IMG/VR virus record: IMGVR_UViG_3300046557_000378
From: a virus
Reading direction: 5' to 3' (one strand)
DNA length: 62,170 bases
The position numbers and the translations under genes were made by a program. This document shows, piece by piece, positions 33,442 to 41,355 of the stretch (position 1 is the first letter of the stretch; every line of letters starts with the position of its first letter). The notes under the pieces were generated by a model, which was given only the letters and a program-made list of their open reading frames with translations, had not been told where the DNA came from and did not search any database.

Positions 33442-34089
33442 ATGAGAGCCAACCTGCGGGATCCACTCCTGATTCAGGCCGTCATAGCCGCAGCCCTCTC
33501 CTTCGCGCACATCCACGACATCGCGGACGCCGCGGGGCAGCACGGGTGGAAGGCATGGGCGTACCCGATCAGCGTCGACCTCCTCTTGGTCATGGCCTGG
33601 AAGCAGATCCGGGAGGCCGCGGAGGGTGAGTCGAAGCGCGCGCCGTGGGTGTGGTTCCTCCTGTCCATGGCCGCGTCGATCGGGGCGAACATTGCGACGG
33701 CCGGCGTCCTCGACCTGGAGCATCCCCCGACGATCCTCCGCGTCCTCGTCGCCGGCTGGCCCGTGCTCGCGTTCTTTGGTGGCTCGTTGCTCGTCCACTC
33801 GCGCAAGCCACGCACGGATGGGTCGCAGGAGGCCGCTGGAGAGCCTGCGGGGGATCAGGTGGAGGAAGTGGTCCCGGAGCCCGTGAAAGTTACCCCTGCG
33901 CGCGTCCTGGTGTCGTACAAGGAGGCTGCCGACGTCCTGGGCGTGGCCGTCGAAACGGTGCGAGGCGCGGCGAACGGATCGAACCCCCGACTGATGAAGT
34001 ACCCGGCGCCGGATGACCCCCGAGCCGTCCGCGTCGACCTGAGCGAGGCCCGTAGGGTCATCAACAACCGTCGCCCCGTGGCTGGGTAA
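33442..34089 (+). CDS. DUF2637-like membrane protein with C-terminal excisionase/MerR-type HTH
   Basis: 215 aa; 4 TM N-terminal half (AALSFAHIHDIA...AYPISVDLLLV); C-terminal VSYKEAADVLGVAVETVRGAA. Confidence 0.6.
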   Translation: MRANLRDPLLIQAVIAAALSFAHIHDIADAAGQHGWKAWAYPISVDLLLVMAWKQIREAAEGESKRAPWVWFLLSMAASIGANIATAGVLDLEHPPTILRVLVAGWPVLAFFGGSLLVHSRKPRTDGSQEAAGEPAGDQVEEVVPEPVKVTPARVLVSYKEAADVLGVAVETVRGAANGSNPRLMKYPAPDDPRAVRVDLSEARRVINNRRPVAG

Positions 34090-34168
34090 AGCAGTTTTAA
34101 AAGACCATAGACATCCTGTGCTCCGGCCTAGGCGTTTCGTGACGCTTATGCCACCATAATTCCTGAGT

Positions 34169-34345
34169 ATGCCCTCTGAGAAGCGTAGCGGAGACGCCGC
34201 AACCTCCGCCCCCATAAAAGCCGCCGTTGACCTGCGGATTGGGGGAGTGCGCCTCACTGTTCAGCGAGTGCCTCCATGGCTCTTAGCCCTTCCGGCTTCG
34301 GTTATCGGTTCGGGCGCGGGCATGGCTTGGTGGACCCACCGATGA
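34169..34345 (+). CDS. small membrane-anchored protein (58 aa, below track cutoff), paralog of 41905-42063
   Basis: DLRIGGVRLTVQRVP...WW aligns with ELRIGGFRVTAERIP...WW. Confidence 0.5.
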   Translation: MPSEKRSGDAATSAPIKAAVDLRIGGVRLTVQRVPPWLLALPASVIGSGAGMAWWTHR

Positions 34346-34411
34346 CACCACGAGTTCCCGTCGACCACATCGGCGGGGGCTTCGCCATGTCCGGACGTAG
34401 GATCCTGCCAC

Positions 34412-34669
34412 GTGGCCGATATTTCGTTCGATGACCTGATCAACCTGGAGCGTGACGCCGTCGAGGCGTACGAGGTGGCGCGGACGCTGGACTACTCCGC
34501 GGAGGCGTGGAAGCCGTGGCTGGACGCTGCCGCAGCCTTCCATGCGGCTGTCACCGCGTACGCCAAGCAGGAGGGGAAGGACCGGATGTCGGTCGAGATG
34601 GACGTGAAGAAGACCGTCCGTCACCCGGCGCCGACAGAACCGCTCGTGTCCAGTGATAGCCCAGACTGA
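34412..34669 (+). CDS. hypothetical protein
   Basis: 85 aa; GTG start; helical. Confidence 0.5.
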   Translation: MADISFDDLINLERDAVEAYEVARTLDYSAEAWKPWLDAAAAFHAAVTAYAKQEGKDRMSVEMDVKKTVRHPAPTEPLVSSDSPD

Positions 34670-34778
34670 CTCCGTGCCGCCGGAGCTGGAGCGCCGAAAT
34701 TTGGTTTCTCTCGATCGCCGGTAGATGTCGGAATGCGCAGCGGTCTGGCTGGCGAGGTAGGGGCCAGATGCCCGGCTG

Positions 34779-35297
34779 TCAGCTGGATGACGGGGGATGG
34801 AACGGCGGAGCGGCCCGCGGGGGCGGCTGAATGCCTTCACCGCCGTCCCCCTGCAACTGCTCCGTACGCCCCGTGACGATCATCGTTTTCCGCTCCAGCA
34901 AGCTCCGGAATGTCTCCAGTGGCACCCCTCTCCGCCGCTCTCTCGCCTGGATGAGCGCGAATTTTGCCTGCGCATCCAGGACTAGCAAAGCGTTGGTGCG
35001 AACCCTTGCCTCCTCTGCACGGACCTGCGGGTGGAGGAAGCTGGCAGCAGCAACCAGACCTGCACTGATGAGAGCCAGGATCGCCGCTGGCACGCGAGCG
35101 CCTGTCGCCGTCAGACCTGTGGTGCCGGATATCGCGGCGATTACAGCCGCCGGCAACCCCAAGACAGAGTGCACCAGCTCCCAATTTCGCGCCTGGACAC
35201 TGCCAATGTGCGCAAGTCTTTGACAATCTTGGCGGAAATCTTCGATCTCGCTCTCCACGCTTCTCGGGACCGGCGCGTCGCCTGCGCTAGTGGCCAT
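34779..35297 (-). CDS. SLATT-like 2TM protein (tentative)
   Basis: 172 aa; N-terminal helix, TM hairpin VLGLPAAVIAAISGTTGL / VPAAILALISAGLVAAASFL, C-terminal helices; opposite strand to neighbours. Confidence 0.45.
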   Translation of the reverse strand: MATSAGDAPVPRSVESEIEDFRQDCQRLAHIGSVQARNWELVHSVLGLPAAVIAAISGTTGLTATGARVPAAILALISAGLVAAASFLHPQVRAEEARVRTNALLVLDAQAKFALIQARERRRGVPLETFRSLLERKTMIVTGRTEQLQGDGGEGIQPPPRAAPPFHPPSSS

Positions 35298-35572
35298 GAG
35301 ACCGCCCCCCTCGCTCTAAGACCTCGGACACGCGTCATCCGAACTTGGACCGAGGGTGGCACCGTGATGAGTGTCCGGCCAGCCCATCCACCAGAAATCT
35401 TGTGCAGCGTGGAGGCCTTACCTTTCCACATCCGCTAGGAGATACCGGAGTAGGCCGGGGCCGGGCGGACATGGAGCTAGGAATCGACAACGCGTGACCT
35501 ATGGTGAGCAGTATTGACGTAACTGCGCTGGACTACTGCTGTTCATGACGGCTGCGCTCTATCGTCGTTGGC

Positions 35573-36106
35573 ATGGGGGACGCCTTCTTGAAGGCTCGCA
35601 ACAAGGTACGGCTCGGCCGTCAACTGCGATGGGCAGGGGCTGGCGTCTTCTGCGCTGTGGCTCTGGCGGCGCTGCTTTTTCCCTTCTCGGGAGGGCATGC
35701 GCGGGCGCCCACTGTGGATCATTCCTACTCCTCACAATCCTCTCCCGTCTCGGTAGTTACTTCCCGGCCTTCAGACGAGGGGACGAGCGGCGGAGAGGGG
35801 GTGAGCCCGCCTGCGTCCATTCCGCCGCCAGCTTCATCGAACGGCGAGACAAGCCTGCCGTCGGCTAGCTCTGCTCAACCACAGCCTCCCGCGCCGTTGA
35901 CGCCGACGTCCAACTCGGCCGTGGTAGATGTCCCTCCGCCGTATGCCCCTGCGGAGCCCGGCGCCGGCACGAACAATGCGGCTGAGATCATCAAGGCGAC
36001 TGCTTACCTTGTTGGGGCGATCGGAGGCGCAGCGGCTGCGGTTGTTGGGCAGGTTGTCTCGATGCGCGCAACGCGAAGGACAGCGCCACGGGATATGGAT
36101 CCCTAG
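35573..36106 (+). CDS. membrane protein with Ser/Pro-rich low-complexity ectodomain
   Basis: 177 aa; N- and C-terminal TM segments. Confidence 0.55.
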   Translation: MGDAFLKARNKVRLGRQLRWAGAGVFCAVALAALLFPFSGGHARAPTVDHSYSSQSSPVSVVTSRPSDEGTSGGEGVSPPASIPPPASSNGETSLPSASSAQPQPPAPLTPTSNSAVVDVPPPYAPAEPGAGTNNAAEIIKATAYLVGAIGGAAAAVVGQVVSMRATRRTAPRDMDP

Positions 36107-36122
36107 GAGCCCCCACCGCGCG

Positions 36123-36157
36123 AGAGCCCCGCCGGATGATCCGACGGGGGCTCTTTG
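36123..36157 (+). terminator. intrinsic terminator
   Basis: AGAGCCCCGCCGG...CCGACGGGGGCTCT then TTG. Confidence 0.6.
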
Positions 36158-36403
36158 CGGCGTGCGTTGGGCGACGTCGCCGCGCTTCACGGCGTCGGCG
36201 AGTGCGCCCCACGCGGCACTGCCAAAGACGACTGCCCGCCCGGCATGGCTCAGAGCTCCGGAGGGGGACACGTGCGGCAGTACGGGAGGAACAGCGCCGT
36301 CGCCTGACGCACCGCGGGATGGCTCTAGGCACCCTTGACGTCTGCGCCCTCCGGCGTGATGGTCGTAGAACATTGCGCAACCCGCGTGACAACGGAGGTC
36401 ATC

Positions 36404-36646
36404 ATGGCTCTACGCTCATTCGGCAAGGACCCCGAAACCAACGGCGACCACTGCCCGACTGTGTGGCTCGACGAGGAGAAGCAGGAGTTTGTGTTCCAGG
36501 GGTGGAAGGCGGACGAGGTTCTCCAGGCAGAATGCCTTGCTACGGGATCCATCCCCGACACGGAGGCAGTCGTCCGGCTGCCTGCCCGCATGGTTCAGCA
36601 GATCAGGGAGGCGTGCGATGCCGCAGATGGTGCCGCCGTTCGGTGA
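36404..36646 (+). CDS. small protein, first gene of a three-gene cassette
   Basis: 80 aa; ATG after ACGGAGG; DHCPTVWLDEEKQEFVFQGWK; overlaps next gene by 29 nt. Confidence 0.55.
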   Translation: MALRSFGKDPETNGDHCPTVWLDEEKQEFVFQGWKADEVLQAECLATGSIPDTEAVVRLPARMVQQIREACDAADGAAVR

Positions 36647-37142
36647 ACTGATCGCAGGCTGTCACCACTCCGCCGTTCACCTGGAGACGCGGGACGTCTA
36701 CGGAGTCGAAGAAGAGGACGCCGACTTCGCAGCGTGGCGTAACGGACAGGCGTACGACCTGAGTGATCGGGCGTCCTGGTGGAACGGCTTCCATCAGTCC
36801 ATCGCTGACGCCGTGGCACGTGGCGTTACCGTTCGTCGTGCCCGCGTCGTGTCGGAGCCCGTCAGTGAGTACATCCGCTACGAGCATTCGTGCACGGCGC
36901 AGAACATCGCGGCCGGCGAAGACATTCGGTGGCTGCCGCGACGTCTGGCGTCGGATCTTCTGATCCCCGGCAACGACCTTTGGATCTTCGACGACCGACT
37001 GATCCGGTCCAGCCTCTTTGCAGGCGACGGACGGTTTGTCGTTGACGTCATGGAGGACGCGGCCGACGTCGTGAAGCGCCACGCAGAAGCGTTCGCTGCC
37101 GTCTGGGAACGTGCCATCCCGCACGAGGACTTCCGGATCTGA
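36618..37142 (+). CDS. DUF6879-like protein (tentative)
   Basis: 174 aa; SAVHLETRDVY...ARVVSEPVSEYIRYE...AGEDIRWLPRR...DLWIFDD pattern. Confidence 0.55.
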   Translation: MPQMVPPFGELIAGCHHSAVHLETRDVYGVEEEDADFAAWRNGQAYDLSDRASWWNGFHQSIADAVARGVTVRRARVVSEPVSEYIRYEHSCTAQNIAAGEDIRWLPRRLASDLLIPGNDLWIFDDRLIRSSLFAGDGRFVVDVMEDAADVVKRHAEAFAAVWERAIPHEDFRI

Positions 37143-37155
37143 GCGACGCGCACCG

Positions 37156-38007
37156 ATGCAATCTCCCTACCCGTCGACGGCTCTTGACGCCGCACGCCGC
37201 GCCATCGCGGAGCAACTCCGCGAGATCCGGCGTGACGCTGGGCTGACGGGTAGGGAGGTCGCAGCCCGCGCAGGGTGGTTGCCCTCGAAGGTCTCACGCC
37301 TCCAGAGCGCAACTACGCCCCCGTCGGACGACGACATCCGCGCATGGTGCGTCGCGTGCAACGCTGAGGACAGGGTCCCGGATCTCCTGGCGGCGAACCG
37401 CACGGCAGAGTCCATGTACTTGGAGTGGCGCCGTGTCCAGCGAACAGGGCTCAGGCGACTTCAGGAGTCGCGCATCCCGCTGTACGAGCGAACGCAACAG
37501 TTCCGCGTCTACAGCTCTACCGTCATCCCTGGCTTCCTCCAGACCTACGAGTATGCGGCGGCCCTCTTGGGGAACATCGCGCGCGTCCACGGCACACCAG
37601 ACGACGTCGACGACGCGGCAGCCGCGCGGGTCGAGCGCTCGCACATCATCCGCGAGGGAGGGCACCGCTTCGGGATCCTCCTGGAGGAGTCTGTTCTCCG
37701 CCACATTGTGGGGGAGGCAGCGACCATGGCGGGGCAACTGGGCTATCTACTCTCGGTGATGGCTCTGCCGTCCGTGTCGGTCGGGATCATTCCGGCGAGT
37801 AGACCGCGGGGGATGTGGACGCTGGAGACGTTCACGCTGTTCGACGACGAGCGCGTTCATGTGGAACTGCTGACGGCCGCTATCACCGTGACGACGCCCG
37901 GAGAGATCTCGCAGTACGCCCACGCGTTCGAGGAAATGGCGTCACTCGCGGTACACGGAGCCGGCGCGCGCACGCTCATCTCAGCGGCCATTGACTCGCT
38001 CGATTGA
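37156..38007 (+). CDS. XRE-family HTH regulator with DUF5753-like C-terminal domain (WhiJ/Scr1-type)
   Basis: 283 aa; HTH LREIRRDAGLTGREVAARAGWLPSKVSRLQS; long C-terminal domain with IPGFLQTYEYA. Confidence 0.65.
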   Translation: MQSPYPSTALDAARRAIAEQLREIRRDAGLTGREVAARAGWLPSKVSRLQSATTPPSDDDIRAWCVACNAEDRVPDLLAANRTAESMYLEWRRVQRTGLRRLQESRIPLYERTQQFRVYSSTVIPGFLQTYEYAAALLGNIARVHGTPDDVDDAAAARVERSHIIREGGHRFGILLEESVLRHIVGEAATMAGQLGYLLSVMALPSVSVGIIPASRPRGMWTLETFTLFDDERVHVELLTAAITVTTPGEISQYAHAFEEMASLAVHGAGARTLISAAIDSLD

Positions 38008-38097
38008 AGTTGCATAGAACTTCGTAGGATTCCGTGGAACTTCCCCTCCCGCCCGTTCTAGCTTCGACGTACAGAAGCCCGCGGCGGAGGTGCAGGG

Positions 38098-38319
38098 ATG
38101 GCGCTGGAGACGACGCTCAGAGAGCCCGTTCAACTGACAGACCCACTCGATGCCGAGCCCCCGGAACCGGCGCCCGGCTGTGACGTCTGCGGCGCGCTGA
38201 TGCGGCAGTGGAGGCAGGCAACGGAGAAGGGAAGTCCCGCGCACGACCCGTCGCACGCAACGGACCTTGCCGTCGAAATCAAACGGCACCCGCACGCGTG
38301 GCAGAAGGAGAAGCGGTGA
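38098..38319 (+). CDS. hypothetical protein
   Basis: 73 aa; coupled (GTGA) to next ORF. Confidence 0.45.
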   Translation: MALETTLREPVQLTDPLDAEPPEPAPGCDVCGALMRQWRQATEKGSPAHDPSHATDLAVEIKRHPHAWQKEKR

Positions 38320-38807
38320 CGGGAATAGATCCCTTCCCCGAGGTGCGTACGCGCGTTGAACTCGGCGCCTTGCCGCCACGTGAGTGGATCGAGTGCGCGG
38401 GGTGCCTCGAACACGAATCCGTGGGCGATCCCATCGATCAGATGCTCTGGGCGGGGCAGCACGCCAAAGAGCATCCCGCCCACGACCGGTTTCGTACCGT
38501 GCGCCAGTCTGCCTTCCGCATCGCGCCGGCGGGGTTCGCCGTATCTGTCGACGTTCAGAGCGCCGAGGACGAGCCCGTATGCGACGTCACGGTCACGCTC
38601 CCCAGTGATCCGGAGTGGCTGACGCGGTTCGGCTTCGAACCGAAATTGGGCAGCGTCACCGTGACGTGCAGCGAACCGCCCCATACAGGCGCGGAGGGGG
38701 ACGTCGTCCACTGTGGTCACATCTTTGGCGACGACGGAGAGACGGTGACCGGCACCTACTACTGGGGTCCTGGCTACCGCCCGACGTCGCTTGCGCCACC
38801 CCCCTGA
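38316..38807 (+). CDS. hypothetical protein, N-terminus DUF7848-like (tentative)
   Basis: 163 aa; ECAGC...WAGQHAKEHPAHDRFRTV pattern. Confidence 0.5.
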   Translation: MTGIDPFPEVRTRVELGALPPREWIECAGCLEHESVGDPIDQMLWAGQHAKEHPAHDRFRTVRQSAFRIAPAGFAVSVDVQSAEDEPVCDVTVTLPSDPEWLTRFGFEPKLGSVTVTCSEPPHTGAEGDVVHCGHIFGDDGETVTGTYYWGPGYRPTSLAPPP

Positions 38808-39200
38808 GCCCGCTCGCTGGCTGCCTGTGCAGTTGGCGCGCGGCGGGCGCAGCGGGGGTCTGGGGTAGCTGATGTGAGGTCGGCCGACGCCCCAACCCCC
38901 GCCAGCGTCCGAACTCCTCGTCTCCGGCGTGCCCATCACACACGGCCGCGGACGAGGTGCCGACGTGGTTGGTTTCGCACCTTCCTGGCCACGTCGGAGC
39001 TGGGATCCCGCTCGTCCGTCTGCCGTGACTTGGGCGAGCGGGGTTCCCAGCGCCAGAACTTCCCGTCCCGAGCGATCGGAGGCGGGGCACCGCCCGTCGG
39101 TGGAGTCCCTGTCGCCAGGGACTGCCCGGGGCGGTACAGGAGCCCCACTCGTGCGACGTCCCCCGCGTTGCGTGAGTGGGGCTTCTTCATGATGCTGACA

Positions 39201-39248
39201 TACGCAGGTTCTTCTAGTACGACAACCCGTACACGGGATACCTGCGTA
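39201..39248. other. candidate attP (48-bp imperfect inverted repeat)
   Basis: TACGCAGGT...ACCTGCGTA perfect 9-bp outer arms, inner GTACG/CGTAC symmetry, centre AA; ends 15 nt before int ATG. Confidence 0.45.
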
Positions 39249-39263
39249 GGTATACTCGGACTC

Positions 39264-40826
39264 ATGACAACCCGCGTACTGGGCGCCAGGCGGCTGAGCC
39301 GCGTCAAGGACAACTCGACATCGTTCGAGCGGCAAGGCATAGCCATCGAGACGGTAGCCGCGTCTGTTGGGGGAGAAGTCGTCGCGTGGGCGGACGACCC
39401 TGACGTCAGTGCCGCGAAGGTGGCACCTAAGGACCGTCCGGAACTTGGCCCCTGGTTCGAGCGCCCCGACGAGTTCGACGCTATCGCATGGTGGAGGCTC
39501 GACAGGGCCGTTCGAAGCATGCGGGATATGGCATGGCTTGCAGGGTGGGCGCGCGATAAGAAAAAGCGTTTGATCTTCGCTGAAGGACCCGGCGGGGGAC
39601 GCCTTGAACTCGATATGTCGTCCCCCATGTCAGAGCTGATTCTGATGATTCTGGCCTTCGCCGCTCAGATGGAAGTCCAGGCAATTCAGGAGCGCACGGA
39701 AGGATCTACTGAATACCTCCGCAGCGTCGGCCGATGGAAAGGCGGACGGGTGCCTTTCGGGCGCATGCCGATCCCACATCCGGAGGAAGGCGAAGGATGG
39801 TGGCTGGGACGTCACGACAAAACAGCGAGCATCGTTGACGACATGGTGAAGCTCGTGATCGACGGAACGTCGTACAACGCACTCGCCGCGTGGCTAAACA
39901 GCAAACACCCTGGCGTCACGCCTTCCAATCACCGCCGTTCCCTGGCCACTCCGCCGAAAGAGCCGGACCCCAACGTCCGTTGGAATCCAGGGATGGTGAG
40001 TTCGTTCCTCCGTCAACCGTCGTTGAGGGGGTGGTCGATGATCGGCGACGATCCCGTGCGTGACGAGGAGGGTGAGCCCGTCAGGCTGGGTCCGCCTCTG
40101 ATCGACGATGAGACATGGAGGAGGCTCCAGGCGGAAATGGACACCAGGGAAGGAAACGGGGGCCGCAACAAGAGCGACACGCACCCGCTCCTGGGCGTTG
40201 CCTACTGCGGATCATGCGAAGGCAAGCTGTACCAAGGGTGGATCTCTGCCGGGGAGCGTCGCACAGCCAAGCGGCAGTACCGATGCGCAGCGAAGGCGCA
40301 CGGGCGCATATGCCGTAAGCCCGCGTACGTCACGGCGGATCCGGTGGACGAGTGTGTCGAAGAGGCCTTCCTCGATCAGTTCGGCCGCTTCGAGTTGATC
40401 GAGGTCATCGTCATCCCCGGTGTGGACCGCCGCGACGAGATCAAGGAGTTGGAGGCGGACGTCGAGACCCTCGCCGGGCAACTGGCCAACCTCCGCGGCG
40501 CTGCTGCGGACGCCGTCGGCCGGCAGATACAGGGGCGGTCCGACAAGCTTGCGCGTCTCCAGGAACAACCTGTCATTCCCGCGCGAACGGAGGAGGTGCG
40601 TACAGGCGTGACCTACGGCGACGCATGGCGCCGGGCAAAGGCCGACAGGGACTTGCATGCGTGCCGGAAGATGCTCCGCGATGTCGGGCTCCGTGTGACC
40701 GTTGGAGAGACGTACCGGGGCGCCCGTGACGTTCGCGCAAGGCTCAGTGTGGATGTGGTGACGCCGGATGACGTTGATCTCGCCCAGGATGCCCTTGACG
40801 ACGTGGCGGAGCAGGAGCGCCATTAG
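39264..40826 (+). CDS. int: large serine recombinase (integrase)
   Basis: 520 aa from ATG 39264; N-terminal RLSRVKDNSTSFERQ catalytic-Ser motif, Bxb1-like order; TATACT 39251-39256 suggests a leaderless mRNA; the 130 upstream in-frame codons are Arg-rich and non-coding-like. Confidence 0.85.
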   Translation: MTTRVLGARRLSRVKDNSTSFERQGIAIETVAASVGGEVVAWADDPDVSAAKVAPKDRPELGPWFERPDEFDAIAWWRLDRAVRSMRDMAWLAGWARDKKKRLIFAEGPGGGRLELDMSSPMSELILMILAFAAQMEVQAIQERTEGSTEYLRSVGRWKGGRVPFGRMPIPHPEEGEGWWLGRHDKTASIVDDMVKLVIDGTSYNALAAWLNSKHPGVTPSNHRRSLATPPKEPDPNVRWNPGMVSSFLRQPSLRGWSMIGDDPVRDEEGEPVRLGPPLIDDETWRRLQAEMDTREGNGGRNKSDTHPLLGVAYCGSCEGKLYQGWISAGERRTAKRQYRCAAKAHGRICRKPAYVTADPVDECVEEAFLDQFGRFELIEVIVIPGVDRRDEIKELEADVETLAGQLANLRGAAADAVGRQIQGRSDKLARLQEQPVIPARTEEVRTGVTYGDAWRRAKADRDLHACRKMLRDVGLRVTVGETYRGARDVRARLSVDVVTPDDVDLAQDALDDVAEQERH

Positions 40827-40923
40827 GTTACGGATTCATAACGTCGGAGTAGTGTCATCGCACACCCTTTGGGTATCTCGGTGGCGTTGGCAGCCGTCTC
40901 GTCCACGTCGACCAGCGTCCCCA

Positions 40924-40977
40924 TCATCCACAGGCGTCTGTGGATAACTGCAAAGCGTTACCGGTTTCTGTGGATTC
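40924..40977. other. cluster of three DnaA-box-like 9-mers
   Basis: TCATCCACA (40924-40932, +), TGTGGATAA = TTATCCACA (40939-40947, -), TGTGGATTC (40969-40977, -). Confidence 0.35.
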
Positions 40978-41021
40978 GCAACACTGCGTAGTCACGTGAC
41001 CCGTCGAACGGTCCAAAACGT

Positions 41022-41090
41022 CAAACTAACCCCCTACTTCTAACTCTTCTAATACGCGTTAGAGAGAAGTAGAAAAAGGGGGTTAGTTTG
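41022..41090. repeat. 69-bp AT-rich imperfect palindrome, copy 2
   Basis: About 85% identical to 9231-9299; preceded by CCAAAACGT (reverse complement of the copy 1 3' flank). Confidence 0.9.
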
Positions 41091-41127
41091 CCACTCTGTC
41101 GCACCCCCGCCGGAGGGTGCTACCAAG

Positions 41128-41157
41128 ATCACTACCGCGTCACACTTCCCCCATAAC
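41128..41157 (+). promoter_or_regulatory. phage-specific promoter-like motif, copy 5 (spacer 10 bp shorter)
   Basis: CCGCGTCACA-c-TTCCCCCATAAC; an alternative -35-like ATCACT lies 18 nt upstream of CATAAC. Confidence 0.4.
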
Positions 41158-41355
41158 AGTAGTAGGAGGGGAGGACGTGCGGCCGTCGCGAATGGCGGAC
41201 GGTCCGCTCCCCTCCCTGACGGCCGGCGCCGCTCCTGCGCTCCCCGTACTCTCTCCTCCGGGTTGAGCGCGGTTGAGCGGCCCCGGCTGTCCCAAGACTT
41301 CCTTGCCCGGTGCATGGGACTTCGACCCGCTCGAAGCCCGGAACGGGGGAGGGTA

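Noticed and set aside
38874-39263. 130-codon in-frame N-terminal extension of the integrase ORF given in the track (start 38874)
   Set aside because: The extension is Arg/Pro/Ser-rich with no recombinase similarity. The conserved catalytic-Ser N-terminus begins at ATG 39264, which has a -10-like TATACT 7 nt upstream. The candidate attP and a terminator-like hairpin (39147-39190) lie inside the extension.
41022-41090. The 69-bp palindromes (also 9231-9299) considered as the attP of the serine integrase
   Set aside because: Their centre is the palindromic hexamer ACGCGT (central CG), whereas serine-integrase sites need a non-palindromic central dinucleotide. There are two copies, and both are longer than typical attP sites. 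A better 48-bp candidate (39201-39248) abuts int. Their function stays open (see findings).
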